Shown: piece after piece, positions 1 to 12,354 of the stretch
How positions within the stretch are numbered: position 1 is the first letter of the stretch
How the letters are laid out: the number at the start of each line of letters is the position of its first letter
NCBI GenBank assembly: GCA_905331295.1
Contig: CAJNYD010000223.1
Coordinates: 186,001-250,000, forward strand
Source: Rotaria socialis
Taxonomy: Eukaryota
Reading direction: 5' to 3'
DNA length: 64,000 nt
The notes under the pieces: generated by a model
The model's database searches: none
What the model was told of the DNA's origin: nothing
What the model saw: the letters and a program-made list of their open reading frames with translations, nothing else
Translations under genes and position numbers: made by a program

Positions 1-3000
1 AAATATTATAGCGAACTTTACGCATGTACATTGAATAATCGTTGTAAAAATAATATGTTAAAGACATTAGATAAATACTTATCCAATGAAGAATCATCAT
101 TAATTCGAACTATCAAATTATTCATCATAAAACAGCTGTGTCAATTATCAAAACTGAAACTGAGTGAGTTATATGACGTTTATCGAAAACGACAAGTTGT
201 TTGGATTCATGCGATGCTTGGTGATGAGATGGATTTTCAATCACAACAAAAGTCACAAAATATTATTTTACCAACACCATTATTCAAATTTTATGACAAA
301 TACAAACAAATTAGTGACATTCTCGATAGCAATCCTACTTTAGATAAACTCAAAAAATTAATTAACACTTGTTCAACTGAACAAGATTCATCATATTGTT
401 TTCTTATTTGGTTTATAAACTTTTATTCACGATATTCGCTAGAAGATAGAAAAAGTGGTGATCAAATAAAAGAATTCATTTCAAAAAATCTCGAAAAAGA
501 ATTGATTGCATGTTTCGAATCAGTTGGTTATAAATTTCTTATTGGATTATCGAATAATTTCGATACAACTTCCTACTTTCATTTGAAAGCAACGATGAAA
601 TCAGTGGAAATTCAACAACGTTTACTTGCACTTCACATATTTGCATTGATTTTATCATTTAAAGCACGTACATCGTCAAACTTTCTTAGTAGTCTTCTCT
701 TTGATCAAAATCTCAAAGTACCAAACAACTATAATGAATATTTTCAAACATCTATTTGTATTCCGGGTCTTAGATCGGATAATCCAGTTATTACTCAAAT
801 GATCGATGTACGAACACAAGTTCAGCAACGCTTAAAAACTATCGCACCCATATGGAAAGAAAAACAGTTTATATTCAAATGCTCGGAACGTTGTGATTGG
901 ATGTTCTATTTCGAAGATTGCGGTCAACCAAATAGTGAAAGTACATGTCCGTTATGTAAAGCAATCATAGGCGGTTTAAGACATACGCTTCATATTCGGA
1001 ATCCACCACAAATAAAAATGTCGATCGACGAGGCAAATGTATTCATTACGCATTTCATTGAGAAACATGATCGAAACATCGCTTTTGGTTATCATACAAT
1101 CAAGCCACCTGAAGAAAGTCAATCTGGAGAAAAATCCGATTATCTTGATCGACCTCTTTCGTTTCGTTTTCTGCATATTATCAGTCATAGCATTCTTCTT
1201 GTTTTACATGAACTTAATCTATTAACCGATTCAAATATGCCTGATCGAACATTTTTTCGAGCACATTTTGAAAAAGATTACGAGTTAATTTGTCAGCAAT
1301 TGGATGATTCAACTTATGGTTGTACGTGGCTGTTCAAACTACTTAATCTTATGATCGATACACAATTTATACTCGATGGCCAACTTGATAGCAGAGAAAA
1401 ATTATTTCGATTCGAAAAAGAATTTGAAAAACAGCTCATTTTCAATTATATCAGTTCCATATCGAACGATATCAAATTGTATTTGAAAAAGTATGCGGAA
1501 CTAGCCCGTAAACAAAGCGAGGTTCCATTAATTAATTTCATTGATGAAATCGCTGAAAACGAACAACGTTTTCCACTTCTAACTTATTTCAATGCGACTG
1601 ATATTTATACAACAAATCCAATTGCTAAATTACTTATGAAACTTGAAAATGTTCCACATGCTAATACATTGTATCCAATGACAACAACTATTATTGAAAA
1701 TCTTGAAGAATATGCCAATATTCGTTATGTTTATCCAATTGTTTCATTTACAAACTATCTCATTGATAAATTCGATCATCGCATTAAACGTAACGATGCA
1801 GCATCTGCAACTATAGTAAACTGTTTTGAAAACGATGAATTGAATACGATGCAGAATGTTTATTTGGACAATGATCAAGAAAGAAAAGCAATGGTGAAAC
1901 TCTATGAAACATTTAGAGACGCTTGGTACAAACTTACATTGAAAAAAGTTCAGTACGGTTGTCATCAAGAAGTGCTCGATCTGAATAACGTCAAAAAAGA
2001 AGACTTCGCCAAGAGCACAAAATTAGCTATGGTCCTATTAAATATATCAAAAGATAACAGCAGTATTTTAATTGCAGCTTGTTTACGAACAATTGGAGAA
2101 TTACAAAATAAAATTGTTAATTATTTTCATCAAACATGCGGTTCTGATGTGAAACAAAAGCAATTAGGTGAACATACTGTACCATTACAAGGTATTCGAC
2201 CTGAACATATACTTCGCCTTAATGCTTATGATTTAAGTTCGAAATTGATATTAGATTGTTTTACAATTAATTATCATTGCGGAATGAGTAAAGATCTTAT
2301 TTTTGATTATGAAGAAATTGAAATGACTTTAAGAAAAATTGTCAGTTGTTTACCATTGATTGAAACAGAGAAAATGAATTTTATTAACTATCAATTTGAA
2401 TTATATGGTGAAAGTGCATTGTTAATCACAGATATTCGAAATCATGTCAAACAAGAACCATTAAATATTGATAATCGAAAGAAACTCAAGGCACGTATAC
2501 TGAGCATGAAGAATGATCAAATTCTTAACTATCTTGGTTCACTCGACCATGTTTTTACGTATTTGAGAAATATGGATAGTGACACAGTTACAAACGCTAT
2601 CACCATTCAACAGTTTGCCGAAGAGTATATTACTTCACATAATTGCCTTCACGAAAATATATTTCATCAACAGCCGTTTTCAATAATTCATCTTAAGAAT
2701 ATCATCGATTTATACGAACTTTTAGAAGAGATAACTTTTGATAAAATAGTAGGAAATTATATTTCCAATGAGTACTGTGAAAAATCATTTTCCAGTGATG
2801 AAAGAACTAAAATTATCAATGAGTTTATCAGAAGTACTTATGCAAAAGAAACAATATCACCTAAACTGAAACAATGTGAACGTTGGATTTCACTATTAAA
2901 ACGTATTATTTTAAGGATACTTTTGAATGTTAATGTTAGTAATGATGTACCATTACAATTGTATCTCGAACGAGCTGATCTATGGACAGGCGACATCACT

Positions 3001-3246
3001 GACGACGATATTGAATCATTTTCCATTAGTCATGAAATTCTCTTACGACATACTTTTATTATTTTAAATGGAATAAAAGTCGAGCGAACAGAAACCACGA
3101 ATGAACTGAACGACGAGCAAGTCGAAAAAACCATTCAAAGTGTTGATACACAGACTGAACAAGCGATAAAGTGGAATAATGAAACACCAAACGATACTGG
3201 TTCGATTCGAATCATCAAAGACGATAAGAAAAGAGTACGCGTTTGA
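1..3246 (+). CDS. 3' part of an RNF213-like giant E3 ligase with RZ-type zinc finger (5'-partial, one 3.2-kb exon)
   Basis: Frame is open from base 1 to TGA at 3244-3246. RZ-finger-like motif FKCSERCDWMFYFEDCGQPNSESTCPLCKAIIGGLRH at 874-984, followed by 'PLSFRFLHIISH', resembling the RNF213 C-terminus. Confidence 0.75.
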   Translation, partial: KYYSELYACTLNNRCKNNMLKTLDKYLSNEESSLIRTIKLFIIKQLCQLSKLKLSELYDVYRKRQVVWIHAMLGDEMDFQSQQKSQNIILPTPLFKFYDKYKQISDILDSNPTLDKLKKLINTCSTEQDSSYCFLIWFINFYSRYSLEDRKSGDQIKEFISKNLEKELIACFESVGYKFLIGLSNNFDTTSYFHLKATMKSVEIQQRLLALHIFALILSFKARTSSNFLSSLLFDQNLKVPNNYNEYFQTSICIPGLRSDNPVITQMIDVRTQVQQRLKTIAPIWKEKQFIFKCSERCDWMFYFEDCGQPNSESTCPLCKAIIGGLRHTLHIRNPPQIKMSIDEANVFITHFIEKHDRNIAFGYHTIKPPEESQSGEKSDYLDRPLSFRFLHIISHSILLVLHELNLLTDSNMPDRTFFRAHFEKDYELICQQLDDSTYGCTWLFKLLNLMIDTQFILDGQLDSREKLFRFEKEFEKQLIFNYISSISNDIKLYLKKYAELARKQSEVPLINFIDEIAENEQRFPLLTYFNATDIYTTNPIAKLLMKLENVPHANTLYPMTTTIIENLEEYANIRYVYPIVSFTNYLIDKFDHRIKRNDAASATIVNCFENDELNTMQNVYLDNDQERKAMVKLYETFRDAWYKLTLKKVQYGCHQEVLDLNNVKKEDFAKSTKLAMVLLNISKDNSSILIAACLRTIGELQNKIVNYFHQTCGSDVKQKQLGEHTVPLQGIRPEHILRLNAYDLSSKLILDCFTINYHCGMSKDLIFDYEEIEMTLRKIVSCLPLIETEKMNFINYQFELYGESALLITDIRNHVKQEPLNIDNRKKLKARILSMKNDQILNYLGSLDHVFTYLRNMDSDTVTNAITIQQFAEEYITSHNCLHENIFHQQPFSIIHLKNIIDLYELLEEITFDKIVGNYISNEYCEKSFSSDERTKIINEFIRSTYAKETISPKLKQCERWISLLKRIILRILLNVNVSNDVPLQLYLERADLWTGDITDDDIESFSISHEILLRHTFIILNGIKVERTETTNELNDEQVEKTIQSVDTQTEQAIKWNNETPNDTGSIRIIKDDKKRVRV

Positions 3247-4085
3247 TTTTCTTTATAATTATAATTTTGTTTTTGGAGATTTCATATTAATCACTTTATT
3301 CTTGAACTCATTTCAATTTCAATAAAAACAGCTTATTTTAAAATGTGAAGATCTAAGTTCGCATATCAAGCAAACTGCAACGCGTTTCATCCTTACTAAA
3401 TGGATTCAATGTATCTAGCTACTATCTAGTGTATGTTATCACGCGAATATAGTGCGTGATACGATTTCTCAGGAGTCGAAAGAGGAATTTTAAAGTTGAT
3501 TAATACACTTAAGATGTTTTAGAGGACGGATGGGATTCAACGAGGATAACAAATTTATCACTATGCCAGAGATCAAGAGAACGAAAGATTGATGTATATG
3601 GAGAACGTTGGTGCCTGTCTTCATGTAATAGTCGAGTTGAAGTTTAAAAAAGAAAACATTTTTATATCATCGATTTCAATGGGCATAAGTCGATCAAGGG
3701 AGATCACATATATCCATCAGGGAACATCATTTGAGATTATATAGGAATTATTCAGTCTCTTCTTACAGTTTTATCAAATGAAATTCTTTCCTTTTTAATT
3801 AATAAATATCTAGATTTAGCTGTTTCTTTTTGTTATTCAACAAAATTCATCATTTCAAAGAACATGTGATATCCCAATAGAAAAAAAATCGATGTATCTA
3901 TTCTTTGCGAATCATCGATAAATTTTTTCAAGCAGAAAAATATAATTTTTTAAAGAAAGAGGTATTTAGGAATACTCTCAAATTATCAAGAATTGTAGTC
4001 AACTTGTGTTTGAATTCTATTTAAATTGTTTCTTAAAGCATACAGTGAAGAAAAGTGAAGGACAGTAACTGATTTTTATCATAAC

Positions 4086-4136
4086 CTTGAGGATGTGAGT
4101 ATAATAAATATGAACACCCACACCCACACCCTCAAG
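4086..4136. repeat. Short inverted-repeat element with TGTGGG/CCCACA (telomere-like) arms
   Basis: Left arm CTTGAGGATGTGAGT; right arm ACCCACACCCTCAAG (reverse complement CTTGAGGGTGTGGGT). A related copy lies at 43821-43886. Confidence 0.6.
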
Positions 4137-4444
4137 TAAAGGTGAAGTAGGAGCTGGACAACATGAATTGAATATAAAAATTTGTGATATTTTTTCAATG
4201 ACTGATCGACATGCAACATATAAACAATGTTTAAAAGAGATAGCTGATCATTATCGATGATAACAACGTAGATTCAAATATCAATTTTAGTCAATTATTC
4301 AAACATTTTTTAGCTGGCTGGTTAAAATATGCTCCTGTTGTAATGGTATTCTATGCACCAACAATCAATAGTTATAAACGAATCCAAACTGATTTAGTTT
4401 CACCGTCACATGCAGTTCGATCCTTATTCGCTGGTTTATTCTAG
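4132..4444 (+). pseudogene. Fragment of a bacterial-type (GSI/GlnA-like) glutamine synthetase family gene
   Basis: 4132-4257 reads SSKGEVGAGQHELNIKICDIFSMTDRHATYKQCLKEIADH. After a frameshift near 4250, a second frame reads FSQLFKHFLAGWLKYAPVVMVFYAPTINSYKR. Both are GSI-type signatures; the catalytic segment between them and both gene ends are missing. Confidence 0.8.
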
Positions 4445-4790
4445 AACATTTGTCCGAAGGTGTGGGAGTGTAGTATGCATAGTTTAAATAAAGAACTTAG
4501 TTTTATTAATACGACATCCTAGATGTTCACAGCAGCTTAAAAAAAAAACTTCAAATTTACTAATGTAACCTATCATCTATTGTTCTTTCATTAAGTGATG
4601 CATTGCAATAGTATGGTGACATCTATATGCATACGGTTACCTATTGGTGAAGAAGTTGCCTTTCGAAACGGCTAATAGTACATTGATGCTTTCAAATGAT
4701 CAATAATCTAGACGATAGTTTCGGATCTTGAGTCGTTAAATGTAAATTTACTTTAATACATGAGAATTTTTCTAGATTGAAATAGAAAAA

Positions 4791-6614
4791 ATGTCCGCCG
4801 AAGAAAGTGAAGACGAAGATTTTACAATCTTTCCAAATCTGCTCGATGATAATTCACCATTGAAGAAAAAAAAAGATTTATATCGCCTACCAGAATGGAT
4901 GTCTTCATTAGCCAAACGATTTGATAGCGGACAGATAACATCGGAAGCAACGACTTCTATCGATCAAATTGATTATCTTGACGAAGATATTCGATCGATA
5001 TTAACTAAGGATCTTTCTATTCAACATCTATTTCCGGTGCAATCGCAAGTAATACCTTACTTAATTCAACAAAATCAATCCCATTCACCAATACCATTAG
5101 CTGATATTTGTGTGTCATCACCGACCGGTAGTGGAAAAACGTTAACCTACGTTGTACCATTGTTACAATGTATTCGTAAACGTGTTATATGTGCTATTCG
5201 CATTGTTATACTTTTACCGGTACAAGATTTAGCTGAACAAGTTTTCAATGTTGTTCATCAAATGGGAAATAAATTACAATTGAAAACAGCGTTACTTGCT
5301 GGGCAACATTCATTTGAAGATGAACAAAAACTTTTAGTAAAGCAACAATTGAACGGAAGTAAGAAATATCTAATTAGTCAAGATAACTTTATTGGAACTA
5401 TGATATTTTTAAAATTTATTTAGCTTGGACATCATCGATTGATGTTATTGTTTGTACACCTGGTCGACTTGTTGAACATATAAGTCGAACACCAGGGTTT
5501 TCTTTGACGCATCTTCGTTATCTTGTGATTGATGAAGCTGATCGAATCATTGACGAATTTAAACAAGACTGGTTGAATATTCTTGATCATGCTGTTGGTT
5601 TATCTAGTCAAATAAAAAATGATTTTCAACCATATATGCTTAGTGAACCATCGACGAGTCATAAAGCCTATCAAAAATTACTATTCTCAGCAACATTAAC
5701 ACATAATCCGGAAATTCTACAACAATTGAATTTGTTTCGTCCGGTACTTTTTTCATCGTTAGCAACATCGTCATCGATTATCATGCCATCGACATTACAT
5801 GAAAATTTCATTGTGTGCTCAATAACATATAAACCGTTGATTGTTGCTTATCTCATTCAAAATCAACTACATTCCGAACGAATCATGATATTCGTTCACT
5901 CAAAAAAAGATGTAGATCGTCTAACTTCTTTACTACGAATACTTCTACCCGATGATATTAAAGTTAGTCATATATCAAGAAATTTACAATCGAATAAAAT
6001 TCAAACACGCTTAGCGATGTTTGAAAATGGACAAATTCAAATTCTTGTTTGTTCAGATGTTGTTGCGTAAGTTTAATTTTCTAAATTGTATGAACTTTCA
6101 GGAGTTAGCAATAGGAAAAAGTAGCGACATGGTGTTTTTCATATAAATTCCTCTCGGATTGTACTAACAGCGATTTTGCACTTGTTTAGACACAAGTGGC
6201 ACTTCTTATTGATGTGAGAAAGAAAGCATATTTCCGTAGTTTTAGTTTTTTTCAAATGCAGCGATCAATGATTTCACTATTTGAATATCTTATTTCGGTG
6301 TTTATTCTAGTCGTGGTATTGATATTCAGAATATTGATTGTGTTATTCTCTATGATTTACCGAAAAATATTCGTACATACACACATCGTATTGGTCGTAC
6401 GGCTCGTGCTGGTAAATTGGGTCGTGCAATAACAATAGTTGAAAAAGAACGTTTGACGATGTTTCGTGGAACAATAAAACCCTATCGACGAAATAAACTT
6501 AAACATATGGATATTAAAAAGCAAGATTTTTCATACATGTTAGATGATTATCAAAAAGCTCTAGAAACATTCTCTAGTAAAGAACAAAAGAAAAAATTAA
6601 GACAAAAAAAATAA
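4791..6614 (+). CDS. DDX51: DEAD-box RNA helicase DDX51/Dbp6-like; exons 4791-5358, 5424-6066, 6311-6614
   Basis: Q motif (LFPVQ), [20 protein letters not shown] and [14 protein letters not shown] introns join the exons in frame. Confidence 0.85.
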
Positions 6615-6860
6615 AATCTTGCTTTTGAAAATGTGTCATTTCTGATAAATTTCAGATATTGAATAAATATTCATACATGAAAAAAAGATCTTGATTTGAC
6701 TTGAAATTGATTAAAATTCATCAAATCTTCTAATTTATTAACTAGACAGATTACTACTTCAGTTAAATGTTTTTGCCGTTTAATGAGTATCGTATTCTTC
6801 GATTAGTTTTAGATATAAATTTTGCGCATTTCATTAATAAATTTCAGTCAAAATCAAAGA

Positions 6861-8036
6861 ATGAGCTCAACGACTGGTATGAATTAAAATTACCATCAAT
6901 TTCATATTCAATTTTCTCATTTTTAAGAAGCAACGGCATATGATCCATGTTCCGGATGCGAAATGCCATGTTCAAAACATGCTAGTTATCCACCGGAAAT
7001 AGCTAAAGAAATCGATCAAGGTAAAATGGTTGGTTCTGTTGAAAAGCATCGTCGTCATTTATGTATTGGTCAATCTATTCCATCATCACAATGGCCATCG
7101 GACATTAAAGATCTACATGGCGACTATGTCGCAGAATTAACTCGAGTTTTAAAAGAAAAAAAAGATGGTATAGGCTATGCCGTTAAATTAACATCGGCAT
7201 CGGTTGTTACAACAGCAACAACAACAGCAGATAATCCATCGCAAATAGCTGATTTGTACTTATTTCCTGATCAAATTAAAATAGCGAATGTTCACATTGA
7301 ACAAATCGAACAAGTCGTTCAAACATTATTTGTCGAAGATCAATCGATTATCAGAATCAAAGACAAAGAAAAGACCATCGAAGAACAACTCAAAGAAAAT
7401 AATAATCTACCTTCTTTTGATGACAATATTATTTGTGAAAGATTAGAAGGAGTCTGGCTACTGGTTTGTTGTCATTATCAACGAGATCAACGATGCGGTA
7501 TGTTATAAGATCAACAATTTCCCCTCCTCCTACCTTTGGATAGTTTCTATTTAATCAATTGTTTCACATGAAATCAGTTAAAGAAAAATATGTTTGTCAA
7601 AACTCTTCGGTTTTCTGTTTGAATGATGACCTACCTGTTATTATACTTTTAGGCGTTATCGGACCAATGATAGTCGATGAAATAGAAAAATACGTTCGTG
7701 AAGCAGATCTTAGTGATAAGGTCCATTGGTTAAAAGTCAGTCATCTTGGTAAGTTATTATCATTGTAATTATCTAGTTTTTTTTTCTCTCTTTTACGTCT
7801 TCTAATAAGCATATGACTTATTTCTAGACAGAATCTAAAAATGATTACAAACTTTTTCTTATTTAGGTGGTCACAAATTTGCTGGTAATGTAATTGTTTA
7901 TCCGTCGGGTACATGGTATGGGCGTGTTTTAACTTGTCATATTCCATTATTGATCGATGCATATACATCATCATCGGAAGAGTTGAAATCAAAACTACAA
8001 CCTCTCTTTCGTGGCCACCTAGATACTGCTTGGTGA
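6861..8036 (+). CDS. Apd1/Aim32-like thioredoxin-like (sucrase/ferredoxin) 2Fe-2S protein; exons 6861-6876, 6928-7497, 7653-7748, 7867-8036
   Basis: Spliced product contains LVCCHYQRDQRCGVIGP (C-x8-C) and VSHLGGHKFAGNVIVYPSGTWYGRV (HxGGH), plus N-terminal DPCSGCEMPC. Confidence 0.88.
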
Positions 8037-9287
8037 AGAAAAAGAAAAATTGAATGACATTCAATTTCCTTTGTAATCTTTGTCTTTGTGATATATATAG
8101 TGATTGCTTTTCCTAGTTTTTTCCCTAGTTATAAACAACAGTGATTACCGGCTATCAATGCACTTTTATTTATTTAAAGAAAGTATATTGATTGAACTGA
8201 AGTTTTTATCAAATGTTAATCGTCAAATTTCTTGTATGTTTAATGTCTTAATAAAAGCTACGATTAACATCACCTCAATGATTGACTTAAACCTGTTTCC
8301 AATCTTTTTTTCATGTTCTTTGTTTCCTTTTTGTGTGTTACTTGTTTGATTTTTGATCATTCAATATAGGAAAAGAAATTTCCTTTTGCTTTTCTTTGCC
8401 CTTCACATATATATAGAGAGAGAATTTTCTTTTGTTCTTATTCACCAAACTACCTAAATAAAGTCATCAATCAAAGCGAATGCATTTCATACTACTGTCT
8501 CGAATTTCACCGGATTTCCGGTTCGAATATCAAGAACAATAGTAGCTACATTGGTAACAATAATAGGCGCATAGTTAATGACGAATCTATATATATTTAA
8601 ACGCTCATTTTATTGTTTTTCTTCCATCATTATAAAACCAGTGACCGTCATCTTCAAGAACCAACGGCAGAAAAAAAAGTTAATGTAAGAAACTATTTTT
8701 TATTAGCAAATCCGATTTCGAATGTTACTGAATTCTTGTAATCTGTAATCATTATTTTTTGTGTTATACGATCACGATTATTTATATATGCATATATTTC
8801 TTAAGTTTGTGCCTATTGGGATATCATCATATCGGAAAATAGTTAACAGAAACTAATCTCGAACACTTACAAATCTTCCAGGCGAAAGCAATCTATTTCA
8901 ACATGTGGAATTCATTTTTTCTACGCTAAATCTGATGATCATTTTCTCTCTTTCCCTATATTTCTTTCCAAGATTAGTTTTACGAATGACTACAGATTAG
9001 CTTTTTCTTTTTCTGCCTAAACATTTACCATTCTCGCTAACTACATAAATACGCATATATAAATTATTGGAAATTCACATCTTACGCTGCTAATAAAATT
9101 ATAATGATTGCCAATGCGCTGATTGAATGTGATAGCTTTGATCTGCAAGAGCATCGTCGATATAAAAATACCAAGTCAAATAACAAATCATTTGCTTGAA
9201 TAGATTCGAAATAAAAAAGAAGAAGAAGAGAGAAAACATCACAACCTAGATTTATGCAACAGCTATCTTTTTGATCGATGATAAGCA

Positions 9288-11241
9288 ATGATGCGCAATC
9301 AAGTTTTCTTCTTTTATCTTCTATTACCTTTATTAATTGATGGTAAGCAAGATTTGGATAGAATCGAGGAAGAAACACGTTTAATACGTGCACTTTTAAA
9401 AGAAAGAGATTATCTAAAAAAAGTTCGCCCATCACAAAAAGTCATCGTTGACTTTCGTCTTGTTTTCAACCAAATTATATCCATGGTGGAAAAGGAACAG
9501 ATTATTGTTACCAATTGTTTTGTCGATCAAAAATGGACAGGTACTGTGAAATTAAATTTTCGAAGTTTTTTACTAAAATCCATTTTTAGATCTTCGGCTT
9601 ATGTGGAATCCATTGGAATTTAATAATATTACTTGGATTCGAATGCCAGCTGTATATGTCTGGTAGCAAAAACAAATTATATTCTTTTTTTTTTCACATA
9701 TGTTCATGCCATTTAGGTATCCAGATACATTTTTATACAATACAGCTGATAATGCTGGCTTTCTCCTTCCACACGATTCACAGAATGTGATTGTAAGTCA
9801 CAATGGTACCATATTTTGGCCATTGCCGTTGGCACAATTACGTACTCGATGCCGAATGACTATTAGACACTTTCCTTTCGGTATGTCTACGAGCGATATT
9901 TATTTTCTGAAGAACATTTTTTTTTCGAACATTCAATGATACATAGCGTGACCGAGAAGAAATATTCATAGCAGTCGTGTTTAGATTTTCAATAACTTTT
10001 TTTGTTGTTGTTGTTGTTGACATTTTCGATTAGTTGTCATGCGATCGGGTCCTATTGAACGCTTTTAGAGTCAATATTAATGTCTTTGTATTTCGTTAGA
10101 TGAGCAAACCTGTGATATGATATTTGGTTCGTGGAGCCATACAAGTTCGTTAATACATTATCGATTTTGGGAAAAGAAACCTGAACTGCCACAATATTCA
10201 CCCAATAATGAATGGAAATTATTAGCAGTTGCACAATCAATAAAAACAGTTGAATATCCGAATTGGGTCGAACCAGATACATTTTTTGAAATTAATTTTA
10301 CAATTCTAATTGTACGAAAACCTTTACAAGCAATTTACAATACTGTTGTGCCGGCATTGATGCTAACGACATTAACGCTTGTGTCATTTTTTGTAAGTCA
10401 ACTTTTGTTTTTCTTTTACAAAATATAATTTCGTTATATTGTTTTTTTGTCCCTATAGATTCCCTTCGCACAAGAAATGCAAATAGGCATTAGTATTATG
10501 TTAGCTTATTCCGTATTTAGTTTACGTTTATCCGAAGATGTCCCATCGCAAAGTGACAGTGTCCATTTAATAAGCTTATATTTAACTATTTGCATGTTCT
10601 TCTCATTGTCGGCAATGACTTGGTTTGCTGTAGCAAATAAATTACGCGAAAAGAAACGTTTACCATATTGGCTTCGTTGGTTAGCTCTTGATTACATGTG
10701 TTGGATGGTATGTGCAACAAGTATGCATAGAAAAGCAACACACAATGCAAAACAACCATCGAAGACTTCAGCAGCACCGCCATCGATCCCCGTTATAATT
10801 CCGTTACGACCAATAGTGACAGCGAATTCAATGGAAAACTGTAATCATTCTTATTCACAACGAATGTTTTTACCCATCGCCGCTTCAGATAATTCTTTAC
10901 TTCGTCCATCAACACCCTCGGTATGGATTCGGCGAACACTATCGAACACTGAAATAACAACATCGAACGGACCCGAAAATAGACAAATGAAATATTCATT
11001 TAGAGAAGGACCTCAATTAAAAAATTCTACATCATCGAAAAATCAGGAAAGTCTCTATGCTGTACATATTATTAATCGTTTCGTTTTCTTAATATTTCTG
11101 TTCATTGTTATCATAATTAATATCTACACATGGTTTTTCTATTCACGAACTGTTCAAACAAAATTATTCGATAATCAAACTATATGGACTTGTTTTGATG
11201 AAGATCGTCTTGAAGTTGTCAATTGTAATGAAGCATTGTAA
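9288..11241 (+). CDS. Cys-loop ligand-gated ion channel subunit (nAChR-like, non-alpha); exons approx. 9288-9541, 9590-9662, 9717-9880, 10100-10392, 10459-11241
   Basis: Signal peptide, WTDxRLxW, WYPDTFLYN, Cys-loop CRMTIRHFPFDEQTC, FGSW and four hydrophobic helices; no vicinal cysteines in loop C. Confidence 0.9.
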
Positions 11242-12007
11242 TAAAAACTATTTTCCTATGCGTTTTAGAAACACAGAAAACAAAGCTTTTGTTCGTCAGT
11301 GTCTTATTATCTGTCGCTTACAAATATTAAAATCTTTTACTGTTTTCTAAGTAAATTTGTCATCCTCATACAAAATGAAAAAAAAACAATAACAACATTT
11401 CTTTTCTAAGTAGGAGACAAGAGACCGCGAACTGCAAAACTACTTACGATGTAGTCAATAAAAGAAAAACCAAATCAAACAAGAAATAATTCGTTGATTA
11501 CAACCGATAGAATTTTGTTTGGAGATTTATTTGCGTGATCAACATTCTTTTATGAATGAATTAACTAATATCTACCTGAGGTTTCTTTCTAACTCAATAA
11601 TGCTATTACTCGAATCAGATTGTGTATTTGGTTGAAGTAAAAGAATGTGCTATTAGCATGTCACTCACGAAAAAACGACACTCAATCAAGTATTCATCGA
11701 TTAAAATTTGAAAAGAAATATTTCAACAAAAAGAAAAGCTTAGTTTTTCCTTCTAAGTATCTGATAATGATTATATTTCTATTATTTATAAATGGTTGTT
11801 CGTGACAAACATTCATAAAGGAAAAGCGCACCTGAATATTTTATTCTTTTTCTGCTAAACAAGAAAATGCATAATAATTCGCAACTCGATTATGATTAAA
11901 AACTTCTTTTTCTTGTATTTGAATAGTGTCTATGCAGAGGAAAAAAAGTTTTTTTTTTCTAACCACAACTTCCCACTTTTGTTCTTCTCGCTGCACACAG
12001 CGTCTCT

Positions 12008-12038
<31 letters not shown>

Positions 12039-12052
12039 CGTTGTTGTTGTTT
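12008..12052. repeat. (TTG)n microsatellite upstream of the intermediate filament gene
   Basis: About 15 TTG units with one interruption. Confidence 0.95.
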
Positions 12053-12354
12053 TGTCTGATTTCAATAGTTTCGATGCAAACCGAATCAATTTTTTTATTG
12101 ATCCAGTGAGAGGGTCGGTTGTAACGGAGAGAAAAAACAGAGCGAGAGAGACAGGCGGAGAAAAAATACTATAAGAATAGTAGAAGTAAGAAGAAAAAAC
12201 CGAGAAACTGAGCAGCTAGAATTTTGTTCGTTTTTGAATTTGCTTTCGTCATTGGCATAAAAATATGATCAAATAGTAAATTTATATTTTTCGTTTCATT
12301 TCAGTTTCTATTCATCGGTGCTGCTTGTGCGAATTCGGAGGAGAAGAAAAAAAA

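Noticed and set aside
3480..3790. Possible coding relic downstream of the RNF213-like gene
   Set aside because: Only short open stretches; no motif I could recognise.
11841..12174. Poly-Thr and poly-Val ORFs on opposite strands
   Set aside because: Artefacts of the (TTG)n microsatellite.
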